Shown in pieces: positions 22,100 through 36,861 of a stretch of DNA of 36,861 nucleotides; the first letter of the stretch is position 1; every line of letters starts with the position of its first letter. Source of the DNA: Octopus bimaculoides (taxonomy: Eukaryota); contig NC_068996.1 of assembly GCF_001194135.2 (NCBI RefSeq), forward strand, positions 14,223,894-14,260,754, in the 5' to 3' direction. The position numbers and the translations under genes were made by a program. Under the pieces are notes generated by a model. That model searched no databases. It saw only the letters and a program-made list of their open reading frames with translations, and was not told where the DNA came from.

Positions 22100-22618
22100 C
22101 CATGCAAACAGGCACATATATATNNNNNNNNNNNNNNNNNNNNNNNNNNNNNNNNTATATATATATATATATATATATATGTGAAAATAAATATGTGTGT
22201 ACGTTATGTTGTACACATCTGTATATGTACATACATGTTCACACACGCACACATACACGCATATATCGGTACCTCGGGCGGAAATCAACGATATTGACGG
22301 AGAGTGACGAATATAGATGCAGCATCTTTTGATATCAGAAAAGTATTTTGATAATGATGACACTTTAGACATTTGTAGCACCCTACCCTTCTATACTATA
22401 CATATAACTATATGTATACGCATAGGCGAACACGTATTTATACACACACACACACGTGAAGAAATAGCTGCATATATATACATGAATGTATGTGAATATG
22501 AATATATATGAATAAGTGCATACGTGAATGTAATGGATACACACACACATCTACCCATATGTATGTATCTCTCTCCTGCTCTCCCTCTCTCTCTTCTCTC
22601 TCTCTCTCTCTCACTCTC

Positions 22619-22651
<33 letters not shown>

Positions 22652-23002
22652 NNNNNNNNNNNNNNNNNNNNNNNNNNNNNNNNNNNNNNNNNNNNNNNNN
22701 NNNNNNNNNNNNNNNNNNNNNNNNNNNNNNNNNNNNNNNNNNNNNNNNNNNNNNNNNNNNNNNNNNNNNNNNNNNNNNNNNNNNNNNNNNNNNNNNNNNN
22801 NNNNNNNNNNNNNNNNNNNNNNNNNNNNNNNNNNNNNNNNNNNNNNNNNNNNNNNNNNNNNNNNNNNNNNNNNNNNNNNNNNNNNNNNNNNNNNNNNNNN
22901 NNNNNNNNNNNNNNNNNNNNNNNCAGCCATATTGAAGCGATAATGAATATACTGGGACAACAATTATATATTTCCATTTTTATTTTCGTTGCTACAATAC
23001 AT

Positions 23003-23160
23003 GTGCGCAGGCGTAGCTATGTGGTAAGAAGTTTGTTTCTCAACTACATGGTTGCAGGTTCGGACCCACTGCGCTGCACCTTGGGCAAGTGTCTTCTACT
23101 ATAGCTTCGAGACGATCAAAACCTTGAGTGGGTAGACGGAAACTCAAGGTAATCGTGTAT
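23003..23160 (+). mobile_element. CORE-like SINE, 5' half
   Basis: gcgcaggcgtagctatgtggtaagaag head, ggttcggaccc B-box, caccttgggcaagtgtcttct CORE-like block. Confidence 0.85.
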
Positions 23161-23354
23161 AAATATGTGTGTGTGTGTGTGTGTGTGTGTGCGTATATGC
23201 ATATACACACGTACACACACATTTCAAGTATATTTCAGTTATTTTCATATACTGACTGATTAGTTTATATCCATATATCTATATGCATGTATATATGCGG
23301 ACAGACAGACGGACGAACAGACAGGCGAAGAGACAGACAGACAGATAGGTCTTT

Positions 23355-23515
23355 CATACTTTATATTCCAATTGTGATAATCATTGGAGTGCAGCCATGA
23401 TGGGGCGCTGCCTTGGACAGTTTTTCCAGAACTAATCGATCCCAATATTTATTCTATTGTTTCTTTCATCGAACTGCTAAGTTTCTGAGATGTAAACAAA
23501 CCAACATACTCAACT
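23355..23515 (-). mobile_element. Degenerate 3' part of the CORE-like SINE family
   Basis: Matches 30720-30870 (gcagccatg..aatcgatccc..gaactgctaag..gtaaacaaacca). Confidence 0.6.
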
Positions 23516-23981
23516 TACACTGATTCAATCGGTTCAGGTCCCGACCATAAATTTAACACTTGGTAAATTTACCGAGTGACACCTACAATATAAATATATT
23601 ATGGAAAAGTATTTTATATATATATATGAATATTGTGTATATCTATTGTTGATATTATAAGCATTATTATTTCATAACCATATTGAATCTGATCACTTGA
23701 TCGAAATCGTTCAGACCATAAACCAATGGTATGATATAATCGAAGAATCAAAGACATACCAGATCACATTCCAACTAAACTGGGTCTCCTAGAATCGATA
23801 TACGAAACACTACTTTAATAAAGCCACAGAAATGAGCGCATTGATTTAGCGTGGATCGATGCTAATGTATACATGAAGCTTTGCTAGTAAACATCTGAAG
23901 GTGATATAAACTTTATATATGCTTCACCCCAAGAGGTAGGGTTCCTTTACAGCTACACTACACACACATGCACGCACACAC

Positions 23982-24036
<55 letters not shown>

Positions 24037-24407
24037 CACATATATATATTACTATAATATTATCAGCATGAAGTCTACGTCATGAGTAATAGCACATAAA
24101 AAGGTGTGTTAACTTTTTTTTATATAATGTAAATATAAGTATATATATACATACATACATATACATGTATATACATATATATATGTACATATTTATATAT
24201 ACATACATATACATACATATATATATACATATACATATATATATGCATATACATATATATACATATATTGATATATATACATATATATATATACATTTAC
24301 AAATATATATATATACATATACACACATATATACATATACACATATATCTACACATACATATATATACACACACATATATATATATATACGTATGCACAT
24401 ACATATT

Positions 24408-24451
<44 letters not shown>

Positions 24452-24767
24452 NNNNNNNNNNNNNNNNNNNNNNNNNNNNNNNNNNNNNNNNNNNNNNNNN
24501 NNNNNNNNNNNNNNNNNNNNNNNNNNNNNNNNNNNNNNNNNNNNNNNNNNNNNNNNNNNNNNNNNNNNNNNNNNNNNNNNNNNNNNNNNNNNNNNNNNNN
24601 NNNNNNNNNNNNNNNNNNNNNNNNNNNNNNNNNNNNNNNNNNNNNNNNNNNNNNNNNNNNNNNNNNNNNNNNNNNNNNNNNNNNNNNNNNNNNNNNNNNN
24701 NNNNNNNNNNNNNNNNNNNNNNNNNNNNNNNNNNNNNNNNNNNNNTATGTATATATATATATATATA

Positions 24768-25225
24768 CAGTGATTGGACAAAATAATGGAAACACCTTAA
24801 AATTTCAAACAAATTTATTTTAATATGGGGTAGGACCACCTTTGGCAGTAATTACAGCTTGAATTCTACGAGGTATGGACTCGTACAGTTTGAATTGTCT
24901 CCAAAGTAATTGTTGTCCATTCTTCAGCTAAAACAGTCTCCAGTTCTTGAAGTGTTGGCCGTGGAGGATATCGATTCCTTACTTGTTTTTCTAAAATGCA
25001 CCATAAATGTCCAATAATATTGAGATGTTGGGATTATGGTGGCCAGATAAGATGTTCAACATCACTAGAATGTTCTTCGTGCCATTCAGTAACAACTTTA
25101 GCTGTGTGAATTGGTGCATTATCATCCTGAAAGATTGCGTTTCCCTCCGGAAACAGTTCCCCAACCATACGATGAATTTGATCAGATAAAATGCTTAAAC
25201 AGGCTTCACTATTAATTCTGCCATG
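24768..25225 (-). mobile_element. Tc1 (DD34E-type) transposon, 3' fragment with terminal inverted repeat
   Basis: The element end TA|CAGTG is at 24768. The minus strand gives IFQDDNAPIHTAKVVTEWH, WPP, NIIGHLW (catalytic E decayed to G) and RRIQAVITAKGGPTPY* (stop 24820-24822). Confidence 0.9.
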
Positions 25226-25229
25226 TTAA

Positions 25230-27560
<2,331 letters not shown>

Positions 27561-28385
27561 TACACTAACAAGGATATTTTGAAGCAAGGAATTTCAATCC
27601 CAGAGCCTAAATCAGTGAGGGACCTGGGTATCGACATGATTGATGATACCTCTTTCCAAGGGCACATTACCAGGATGGCGACAAAGTGCAGACGACTGGC
27701 TGGATGGATCCTGAGAACATTCAGAACCAGAGATAAGGAAACCATGATGGTCCTCTGGAGGACATTCGTCCTCAGCCGCCTGGATTACTGCTCACAGTTA
27801 TAGTCACCCACCAGTGTAAAATTAACAGCGGACCTTGAAGCAATCCAGAGAAGATTCACAAAGAAGATCGTCTCTTTGCAACTGCTCAGCTACTGGGAAA
27901 GGCCGAAACAGCTAAGACTCTACTCCCTGGAGAGAAAGCGGGAAAGGTATGCAGTAATATACATCTGGAAGATCTTGGAAGGAATTGTGCCAAATTTTGG
28001 CATTGAAAGCTACACCAATGCCAGAACGGGACGACACTGCATAGTGCCAAAGATCCCAGCAACACCATCGCGCTTCAGGACCAGTTACTGCAACAGCCTG
28101 GGTTTCATGGGCCCACAGCTTTTTAATATTCTCCCAAAGAGCCTGAGGAACCTGCACAAAGTAGATGTAGGCGTTTTTAAATCAAAGCTGGACCTCTTCC
28201 TGTCGAGAGTCCCAGATGAACCTACCTCACAGCAAGAGGTACAAATGAGGGTAGCTACATCAAACTCCATTCTTCACCTAGTGTCACATACTGGAGGAGG
28301 CTCTCAGTAATAACAGTGTAGCAAAACGGCGGTGCATCAGCATGGCCGCAGCTTCTAGCTGAGACTAGAGAAAAGAAAAAAAATA
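27561..28385 (+). mobile_element. CR1-group LINE 3' end, well preserved, with 3' UTR and A-rich tail
   Basis: VRDLGI, LAGWILRTF, SRLDYCSQL, YSLERKRERY and LDLFLSRVPDEP. ORFs 27579-27803 and 27876-28310 have few disruptions. Confidence 0.9.
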
Positions 28386-28396
28386 TTTATATACAT

Positions 28397-28542
28397 ATGA
28401 CAGGCTTCTTTCAGTTACCGTCTACCAAATTCAAAGCTCGTGAGGGAACTTGACACTTGCCCTAAGTACCACACAGTGGGACTGAACACGAAACCAAGTG
28501 GTTGGGAAGCAAGCTTCCTACCTCACAACCACGCCCACGCCT
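28397..28542 (-). mobile_element. CORE-like SINE, 5' half with deletion
   Basis: Reverse complement of the family head and CORE block. Confidence 0.8.
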
Positions 28543-28881
28543 ATAATGAAAAATTAAAAGAATATATACCTTGTATAAAAACAGCACATATAATAAGGGT
28601 AGGGTATTGAATGTGTTATGAACGTTTCATATACCACAGGAGTAATCAATATAGTCTTTATCGATTGGTATATTGATCGGTATTCACCGTAAAGTGCGGC
28701 ATGTATATATGTATCTATTATATATACATATATTTAATGTAATTATGTATTTAGTCATGCATGCATGCATATATATATATACATATATATNNNNNNNNNN
28801 NNNNNNNNNNNNNNNNNNNNNNNNNNNNNNNNNNNNNNNNNNNNNNNNNNNNNNNNNNNNNNNNNNNNNNNNNNNNNNNNN

Positions 28882-28919
<38 letters not shown>

Positions 28920-29211
28920 GTGCTTAATGCAAGCTATATATGTACATGAATATATATCATAGACATATTTACCAGTGTGTATATATAAATGCGTGCGTGC
29001 ATACACATACACATACATGTGTGTGTGCGTGTGTGTGCGTGTGTGTGTGTGTGCGCGCGCGCGCGTGCGTGTGTGTGCGTGGGTGTGTGTGTGTGTTCAC
29101 TACGCAAGTTACAAGCATCTCTAAACTTGCCAACCCAGCATCCAAACAAGACTGTTGCAGAAACATTTGGCAGATTCGACTCCATATTTAAATGCCTAAA
29201 AAGTCCTCAAA

Positions 29212-29212
<1 letters not shown>

Positions 29213-29242
<30 letters not shown>

Positions 29243-29493
29243 AAGAAGAAGAAGAAGAAGAAGAAGAAGAAGAAGAAGAAGAAGAAGAAGAAGAAGAAGG
29301 GGTGCATGAAGAGAAGAGGAACAGCAACAAAAATAATAGGAACAACGATCACAATATTAATAAGAATAATAAAAATAAGAATATCAATAACAACAATAAC
29401 AATAGAAAAATAACAATACCGACATTAATAATAATAAAACGAGTAATAATGATGATAATAACAAAAATAATCATAACCACAACAGCAATAATG

Positions 29494-29556
<63 letters not shown>
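29213..29556. repeat. (AAG)29 followed by degenerate and then perfect (AAT)n
   Basis: Read directly. It explains the poly-K, poly-R and poly-I ORFs. Confidence 0.95.
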
Positions 29557-29814
29557 GTTAAGAACAAGGCAAACGGTAAAATATGAAATATATAAATAAT
29601 TGGTTTTTAATGGCAATTAGTGTTCGGTAAAATTGTTTTGCATAATTAAGGGAGACTGTTTTAGGTAAGACATTAATTCTAAGTAATTTTTCTACAAGCC
29701 GTAATGTACTGACGAATTTTTCACGCCGATATCGTTTGTTACATACAGAGTTATAACTTATATAGGCAAACATATGTATATATGTGTGCCCGAATGTGTG
29801 TGTGTGTGTATGTG

Positions 29815-30550
29815 GAAGTTGCTCATAGCAATTTGGGGACGTGCATATCATCGAGATGGTAGCAATATGCAAGCGAATGGCCAGATTGCGAAAACCTTCA
29901 GAACAAGGGACCAGCAAACTATGAGGCATTTGTACACAGCCGTCTAGACTATTGGATTATTGCTCTCAACTGTGGTCACTACCTACACAGTGTTAAATCA
30001 ATTGTGGGAACTTCAGGCATTTCAACGGTGCTACATCAGGAAGGTTGCATGAAACTAACCGCTGAGCAACTGGAAAAGACTGAAACAGCTACGACTCTAC
30101 CCTCTGGCGCGAAGACGGGAGATATATGCAGTGATATACCTATGGACGATCCTGGAGGTGTTGGCATCAAACTTTGGCATCAAGAGTTATACTAAACCCC
30201 GAACTAGACGTCACTGCACTGTACCAAAGATCCAGCTATCTCCATCTAGAGTGAGAACCATATACTGGAGTAGCTTGGGATTCAAGGGTTCACAGTTGTT
30301 TAGTGGCTTACCTAAATACTTGAGAGCTTTTCATGGAGCAGGGGTAGATGTATTCACGAAACAATTTGATCTCCTGTTGTCCAACGTTTCAGATGAACTT
30401 ATACCAAGGTAAGATGCTCAAAAGAGGGCAGTAACGTCCAACTTCCCCCTTCACCAGAAAACCATCACATAAGAATGGTCGGTACATTGGCGGTGCTTCA
30501 GCAATGTCACAGTCTTTCGGCTGAAATATCTCAGAGTGAAATAAATTAAA
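29815..30550 (+). mobile_element. CR1-group LINE 3' fragment, older copy of 27600-28380
   Basis: NFGIKSYTKPRTRRHCTVPKI..SLGFKGSQLF..FDLLLSNVSDE aligns to ORF 27876-28310. Confidence 0.85.
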
Positions 30551-30701
30551 AGATGGTCCATTTATTGTTTACGGAGATGTACTTGCATAGTAAGTGACAT
30601 GATCTGAGATCGTGTGCTGGAACGAAAACAATTATATATACATATATTATATGTATATATTTTAAAATAAAAACTTAAATTAAATATAAATATATATATG
30701 T

Positions 30702-31052
30702 ACTCTTTTACACTTGCTTGCTTCAGTCATTTTGACTGACCATGTTGGAGCACCGCCTTTTAATCGGATAAATCGACCCCAGGACTTATTATTTGTAAGC
30801 CTGGTACTTATTCTATCGGTCTCTTATGCTGAACCGCTACGTTACAGGGACGTAAACACACCAAGATCGGTTGTCAAGCGATGTTGGAGGGACAAACACA
30901 GGCATACACACACNNNNNNNNNNNNNNNNNNNNNNNNNNNNNNNNNNNNNNNNNNNNNNNNNNNNNNNNNNNNNNNNNNNNNNNNNNNNNNNNNNNNNNN
31001 NNNNNNNNNNNNNNNNNNNNNNNNNNNNNNNNNNNNNNNNNNNNNNNNNNNN

Positions 31053-31086
<34 letters not shown>

Positions 31087-31250
31087 GACAGGCTTCTTTC
31101 AGTTTCAGTCTACCAAATCCACTCTCAAGGCTTTGGTCGGCTCAAGGCTATAGTAGAAGACACTTGCCTAAGGTACCACGCTGTGGAACTGAACATGGAA
31201 CCATGTGGTTGGGAAGCAAGCTTCTTACCTCACATCCAAGCCTGCATACC
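30702..31250 (-). mobile_element. CORE-like SINE, full length, spanning a gap in its internal microsatellite
   Basis: Head and CORE at 31090-31250, 3' part at 30702-30905. Confidence 0.85.
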
Positions 31251-31470
31251 ATAAAACATACCAAGATGATATATGAAGACCCTTCTCCCAAACCAAACAC
31301 TTTCCTATCTAACGTCAACATTTATATTGTATATCTTTCATGTTGATTCGAGGGTTCCTGTATGCACATGCCCATCCGTTGTGATTTAGTGTATATATGA
31401 TGTGTGTCTGTGTATACACATGCACAACATATATATATTATATTCGCCTTTATGCTCGGTGTATGCGTGC

Positions 31471-31514
<44 letters not shown>

Positions 31515-32216
31515 GTAGATAGATAGATAGATATGTGGTGTACACATACACATATATGCATTTATAAATGACTATATATATATATGATTTACTTCGTATG
31601 AATGTGTAAATCTGTATATTTGCATGTATGTTTTCATTACAAACACACTCACACATGTATATATGCATATATGTAAGTGTATATTCGTTTGTATTTCACC
31701 GTGTGCATGAGTATGATTACAAGTATATTCTCGTGCACACAGATATATACAAACACGCAAAGACATACTCACATCTACACAATATATCTACAGACTACAA
31801 TATATGTATTAACTTATCGCTTACGATGTTTGTATAATTTTATTAGGCCAAAATGTATATGCGTGAGAGGGGCCGGGGATAAAGAGAGGTACGTGTGTTT
31901 AATTGTCTGTGAATACGTAAGACCGTGTGGAAGAGTACGCATGTGTGATATATCACGTGTCCAGAAAGGCTAGTATTAATAGAAAACACTTGGTTTTGGT
32001 GTTAGCTTAGTGTATAAATTTTTGAGAGTATAACACGTGCATATATATATATATGTGTGTGTGTGTGTGTATGTATGCATGTATTTGGTGATGCTAATAG
32101 GGAAGGTATACTGTATATAGATAAATTTATACATATATATATGTCTCAAACACACACACACACACACACACACGTTTTTCTTCTCTTTTATTAATAATCG
32201 GCAGAAGTTACAGAAT

Positions 32217-32283
32217 GACTCAAGGGCCGAGAGTTTAAAGCGTTTGATGAGTGCCAACGCACGAAATTACCGGCCCTTGAGTC
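32217..32283 (+). ncRNA. Imperfect hammerhead-like core enclosed by a 13-bp inverted repeat
   Basis: GACTCAAGGGCCG (32217-32229) pairs with CGGCCCTTGAGTC (32271-32283). Between them lies TTGATGA-GTGC(caac)GCAC-GAAA. The junction geometry is non-canonical. Confidence 0.4.
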
Positions 32284-32314
32284 GCTGTTTAACTTCTACA
32301 GTTATTAATAAAAT

Positions 32315-32371
<57 letters not shown>

Positions 32372-33762
32372 ACATGCGCAATCCTCCTATTCACATATGC
32401 GCAGTAAGAGGTGGCTGTACATTCTGACAAATGCATATATACGACGCACTCACAATTCTGTATATGTAAATGTATGCATGGAGCATTTATATATGTATGT
32501 ATGACTGCGTATGTATGTATGTATGTGTGTACATATGTATATTTGTATGCATGCACGAATGCAAGCACTCATTCATATATGTATATATTATCTTTACTAT
32601 TTTTCGGCAGTCTTATTTTTACTGCGTGCTTTCACTGTGTTACCAAGCACACTTCTGTATGCCTTTGGTACGTGTTGTGGTTTGTGCTGGGTTTTTTTGT
32701 TATGTTGTGTTATTGTATTTTTACTGTAATTGAAAATGCTTTCCGTAGAATGTATATGATGCCGAACAGTACTATTTTCTGTATGTTATATTTATTTGTA
32801 AGTCCGGGTGTTTTTGCTTATGTATTTGTATGTATGATCCTTTGCCAATACGCAAGACACTTATTATTATAAGGATTACTACTTTCTTCACGTTTCACTT
32901 TCGGGTTATCTCCTAATACAGATCTTTTTTATTACGGTAGATTCTCCAATTTGTTTATGGATACATTATCATCCGTTGGGTATAATATGTTGATTAGAAG
33001 GCATTTATCATTCTTGGAAGCCCCTGACAACAATATCTGTCCCATGTGCCTTGATCTCTGTGTGTGTATGAGGGTGGTGCATGTCCTAGAGTACAGTTGC
33101 TTTGTAATTTTCTTGGACTTTTTCTGAGCTCTGCCTATACCATATTTCTTCTGTTGCCATTCCGCAGTGCTGGCACAGCTTCCAGTGTATATAAGTCTCA
33201 ACTCTGTTCATACTGGCACTCCGTCGGTTACGACGAAGAATACCCGTATGACAGAGTTTTCAGAGATCTCTTCTGAGATATGCTTATACCATCTTCTTTT
33301 CTTTCTGTTGTTATTCCATAGTGCTAGCATAGCTTCCAGTGTATACCGGTCCCAACTCTGTAATGCCTGCTAATATATTCCTTCTTAGCCAGATCTGGGC
33401 AGCCAGAGACAAAGTAATTTGGGGGGGGGGGTTCCTCCCCATCACCATATAATCTTCAATTACTTATTGTATTTTTCTTCGTTTTGTGTGTTGGTGGTTT
33501 CTGATGGGGAGTCTTGGGGGAGTCTTAAAAATCTTTTAGTCTCCGCTTTGAGACCCAAATTTCTCACCGTTGTCTATTTCTTTTCTATTTAGCTTATCCC
33601 AATAGTTGCCATGTAAGAGCTTTTCTTGCCATCGTTATATCATATTTTGTAGTTCCAGTTTTAATTTAAACCTTATCTGCTTTGCAGTTTTTGTTGTTTA
33701 TTCTTTTTCATTCGTTCATGACAGAAAATAGTCCTGTGGTGGATATTTTATATGTAACATAT

Positions 33763-34056
33763 GGTATAATTATAAACAGAGCAAATTTTAGCCATTTCTC
33801 CGCAGACTGAGAAAAAAAATTATGAACAACCTTAATCGATTTTCGAACCTTACTGACTTCTCATCAGAGGCGTCTACACCATTCTGACAGTCTCCCGAGA
33901 AACAAGCAGACAAACCGTTTATATACTCAGCAAATGCAGAGTTACTCTATGAAGGAGTTCCTAATTTGAAAATCGAAAGTGTTTAGCACTATAGATACCA
34001 GCGGCCTGTCAACGGTAATCTTAGTTCACACAGTATCAAGGTATGATATAATATAC
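33763..34056 (-). mobile_element. 294-bp insertion in the Dong element, flanked by 11-bp direct repeats and carrying a hammerhead (retrozyme-like or Penelope pseudo-LTR)
   Basis: ATGTAACATAT at 33752-33762 and 34057-34067. Dong-like coding continues on both sides (..VQLD and YKISTTGL). Confidence 0.65.
33829..33871 (-). ncRNA. Minimal type I hammerhead ribozyme with intact core
   Basis: GCCT-CTGATGA-GAA(gtcagtaagg)TTC-GAAA-ATCGAT-T-A-AGGT. G10.1-C11.1 is canonical, stem III is the palindrome AATCGATT, and predicted cleavage is after UUA at 33833. Confidence 0.75.
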
Positions 34057-34726
34057 ATGTAACATATAGTCCAGTTGTACAGGGACTCTACCACTTTCAG
34101 TTCGTTGTATATATAACCGCTCTAAGTAAGATTTTCGGTGGTTTATTCTAAATTCCGTTATAGTATATATATTCTGTTTGCTTTTCTGTCTACCTTGGCT
34201 AGCTATGTCCATTTAAGAATATTTCAACTATAACGTATAAATGGAACGATTAGAGTATTGATGTCTATTACCTTATTTTCGAACTGAACTCTGTTTTAAG
34301 TATTAATCTAGTTCGCCTATAATATTCCTTCCTTAACGTTTCTTTCATTTGTTTGTGTTGTGCCGTATCTAGTTCATTGATTCATAAGTACTTGTATGTC
34401 TGAGTTTTGTCTAGTTCTCTTATTTCATTTTTTTTTTTTTAATCTGGTGTGATATTGTTATTCTTAATTAATTTTCCTCTTTTCAGGGTTGCTTTGGCAC
34501 ATTTTCGTCAGCTTAATTTCATATTTACTTCTTTGGAACTTCCATGCACTGTTAGCAGTAATGTTTCCAATGGTTCATCTTTTGCAGCATACAGCTTGAG
34601 ATCATCCATATACGAGAGACGGTTGATTATTTGACCATAGCAGTTATATCCACATCCAGTTCTGCTTATCTTGTCAATCAAAATGTGATCAGAATATCAA
34701 ACACGTTAGTGGGCACGTATAAGGTT

Positions 34727-34772
<46 letters not shown>

Positions 34773-35763
34773 TATANNNNNNNNNNNNNNNNNNNNNNNN
34801 NNNNNNNNNNNNNNNNNNNNNNNNNNNNNNNNNNNNNNNNNNNNNNNNNNNNNNNNNNNNNNNNNNNNNNNNNNNNNNNNNNNNNNNNNNNNNNNNNNNN
34901 NNNNNNNNNNNNNNNNNNNNNNNNNNNNNNNNNNNNNNNNNNNNNNNNNNNNNNNNNNNNNNNNNNNNCTATGCCTCTATGATGGTGATGTATGGGCATT
35001 TATATGTGTGTACCAGGTGTATCTATGTGTATATATGGATGATGTTTGCATGCTTCTGTATGCGTGTGTGAGGTATGTCTGTGCGAATTTTTAGTGTATG
35101 AATGTCAGACATATATATATATGTGTATAAACGAGCAATATGCACCTATGTGTATATGTATGGAGTATATTTATGTGTGTGTATGCGCTTGTATATGAGG
35201 TATATGATATATTTATGCCTGTGCAGGCGATGTGTATGTGTATGTAACAGGTATCAATCAATCTATTTATCTATCTATCTATCTATCTATATATATATAT
35301 ATATATANNNNNNNNNNNNNNNNNNNNNNNNNNNNNNNNNNNNNNNNNNNNNNNNNNNNNNNNNNNNNNNNNNNNNNNNNNNNNNNNNNNNNNNNNNNNN
35401 NNNNNNNNNNNNNNNNNNNNNNNNNNNNNNNNNNNNNNNNNNNNNNNNNNNNNNNNNNNNNNNNNNNNNNNNNNNNNNNNNNNNNNNNNNNNNNNNNNNN
35501 NNNNNNNNNNNNNNNNNNNNNNNNNNNNNNNNNNNNNNNNNNNNNNNNNNNNNNNNNNNNNNNNNNNNNNNNNNNNNNNNNNNNNNNNNNNNNNNNNNNN
35601 NNNNNNNNNNNNNNNNNNNNNNNNNNNNNNNNNNNNNNNNNNNNNNNNNNTTTAGTCGATCCAGAGTTATAGAAGACGACAAAGGTGTCACACAATGAAG
35701 CTGGATTCGGAAACAGGTCCTTAAGAAGAAACTTATTACCTCACAGCCACGCCAATAAGCCAA

Positions 35764-35774
35764 TGATGATAATC

Positions 35775-35838
<64 letters not shown>

Positions 35839-35878
35839 TGATGATGATGATGATGATAATAATAATAATAATAATAAT
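35764..35878. repeat. (AAT)n/(GAT)n microsatellite, probable tail of the adjacent minus-strand SINE
   Basis: Read directly. Confidence 0.9.
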
Positions 35879-35881
35879 TCT

Positions 35882-36060
35882 TTCTACTATGGGCACAGAG
35901 TCTGAAATTTTGGGGTATGCGCTCGTCGATTACTTCGAATTCACCTTTATCGACCCTGAAAGAATGAAGAGTAAAATCGATCTACACGGAATTTGAACTC
36001 AAAGCAAAGCCGGAAAAATGCCGCTAAGCATTTTTCCCAGAATGCTAAGGCTTCTGCCAG
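35882..36060 (-). mobile_element. tRNA-derived SINE of the cluster family, internally deleted
   Basis: Reverse complement of ctggcagaa..aaatgcttagcggcat..gagttcaaattcc..gtcgataaa. Confidence 0.75.
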
Positions 36061-36084
36061 AAGTAATACTAGTAATAATAATGG

Positions 36085-36240
36085 TGATGGTCTTTCCCGT
36101 CGAAGACGACATATGGCTGTTCAACTTGAACACTCATATGATTTGCTTGTATTGATGAAGCGTATGTGCCGTACGTTAGTTCACTTCCTCCATCAAACCG
36201 ACGTTGTCTTAACAGGTGCACAAGTGTACCACGCTTCAGG
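36085..36240 (-). mobile_element. Possible 3' tail fragment of an unclassified retroelement
   Basis: Ends on the minus strand in a GTCG-tctt-CGAC stem-loop followed by an (ATT)-like run. The family is not recognised. Confidence 0.3.
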
Positions 36241-36249
36241 TATCGTAGT

Positions 36250-36592
36250 GATTGCAGAACAACGTCAGAAGATCGAAAAGCTTGGCTCGGAAAAAATTCT
36301 TCATCCACCATATTCTCCTGAACTTGCTCCTTCAGACTACAATTTATTTCGTAGTTTGCAGAATAAGTTGGGGGACATAACTTTCGCAGGCCAGGAGGAG
36401 GGCGAAACTGACATTTCAGAGTTCTTCGCTTTGAAACCAAAAGAGTTTTACATTAATGGGATTAAAAAGCTTGTAAATAGATGGAAGGAAGTCATAGTTA
36501 ATCAGGGAAAGTACATTGATGATTAAATTTCAATTAAACATAACACTTGATCACTTTATTCAAAATTTAGTCAGAACTTATGGGATGACCTG
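36250..36592 (+). mobile_element. Mariner (DD34D) transposon, 3' fragment with terminal inverted repeat
   Basis: HPPYSPELAPSDYNLFRSLQN..FYINGIKKLVNRWKEVIVNQGKYIDD* (stop at 36526). The TIR-like end is aacttatgggatgacctg. Confidence 0.9.
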
Positions 36593-36593
36593 G

Positions 36594-36725
36594 ACTTTTT
36601 TCTTTGTAAGCGTAGAACTTATTCTATCGGTCTATTTTGCCGAACCGCTAATTTACGGGGACGTAAACATACCAGCATCGGTTGTCAAGTGATATTGGGT
36701 GGACAAACACAGACACACAAACACA
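36594..36725 (-). mobile_element. 3' part of the CORE-like SINE family
   Basis: Aligns to 30785-30905. Confidence 0.8.
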
Positions 36726-36730
36726 CACAG

Positions 36731-36761
<31 letters not shown>

Positions 36762-36861
36762 ATATATAAAATATATGTAAAAAATATATATAAATATAAT
36801 ATATATATATATATATATTATATAATATATATAATATATATATATATGATATATATATATA

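Larger units (their letters stand above)
32590..34700 (-). mobile_element. R4/Dong-clade LINE, 5'-truncated and decayed: RT C-half, CCHC region, endonuclease and 3' UTR
   Basis: YMDD (34601-34612), KCAKATLKRGK, LERLYIQR, WQEKLLHG, LGLKAET, VSGCPDLAKKEY, IHWKLC and CLLINILYPTDDNVS. The 3' UTR is homologous to 141-240. Confidence 0.9.

Noticed and set aside
35993-36526. 177-aa ORF as an intact transposase
   Set aside because: It is a chance fusion of a SINE, another fragment and the mariner C-terminus. The DNA-binding domain and the first catalytic residues are absent.

Overview
AT-rich eukaryotic genomic DNA, most likely a coleoid cephalopod (Octopus-like). This is inferred from my recollection of its tRNA-derived SINE families, not from a database search. 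About 5 kb lies in 14 assembly gaps, nearly all flanked by dinucleotide microsatellites. I cannot confidently call any intact host protein-coding gene, and most listed ORFs are microsatellite or N-run artefacts. The window is a stack of decayed transposable elements: two R4/Dong-clade LINE copies, several CR1-group LINE pieces, one RTE LINE, Tc1, mariner and maT-type transposase fragments, and about 20 SINE copies including a head-to-tail cluster. The ORF track misses the most interesting signal, which is eight hammerhead-ribozyme-like motifs of the minimal type known from Penelope-like elements and retrozymes. Three have a fully intact core. Two of these sit in the arms of a 253-bp near-perfect palindrome (17084-17336), and one sits in a 294-bp insertion flanked by 11-bp direct repeats (33763-34056). 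A second unexplained pattern is a ~270-bp element present four times in an A-B-A-B subtype order. All structure calls were folded by hand and need computational and biochemical confirmation.
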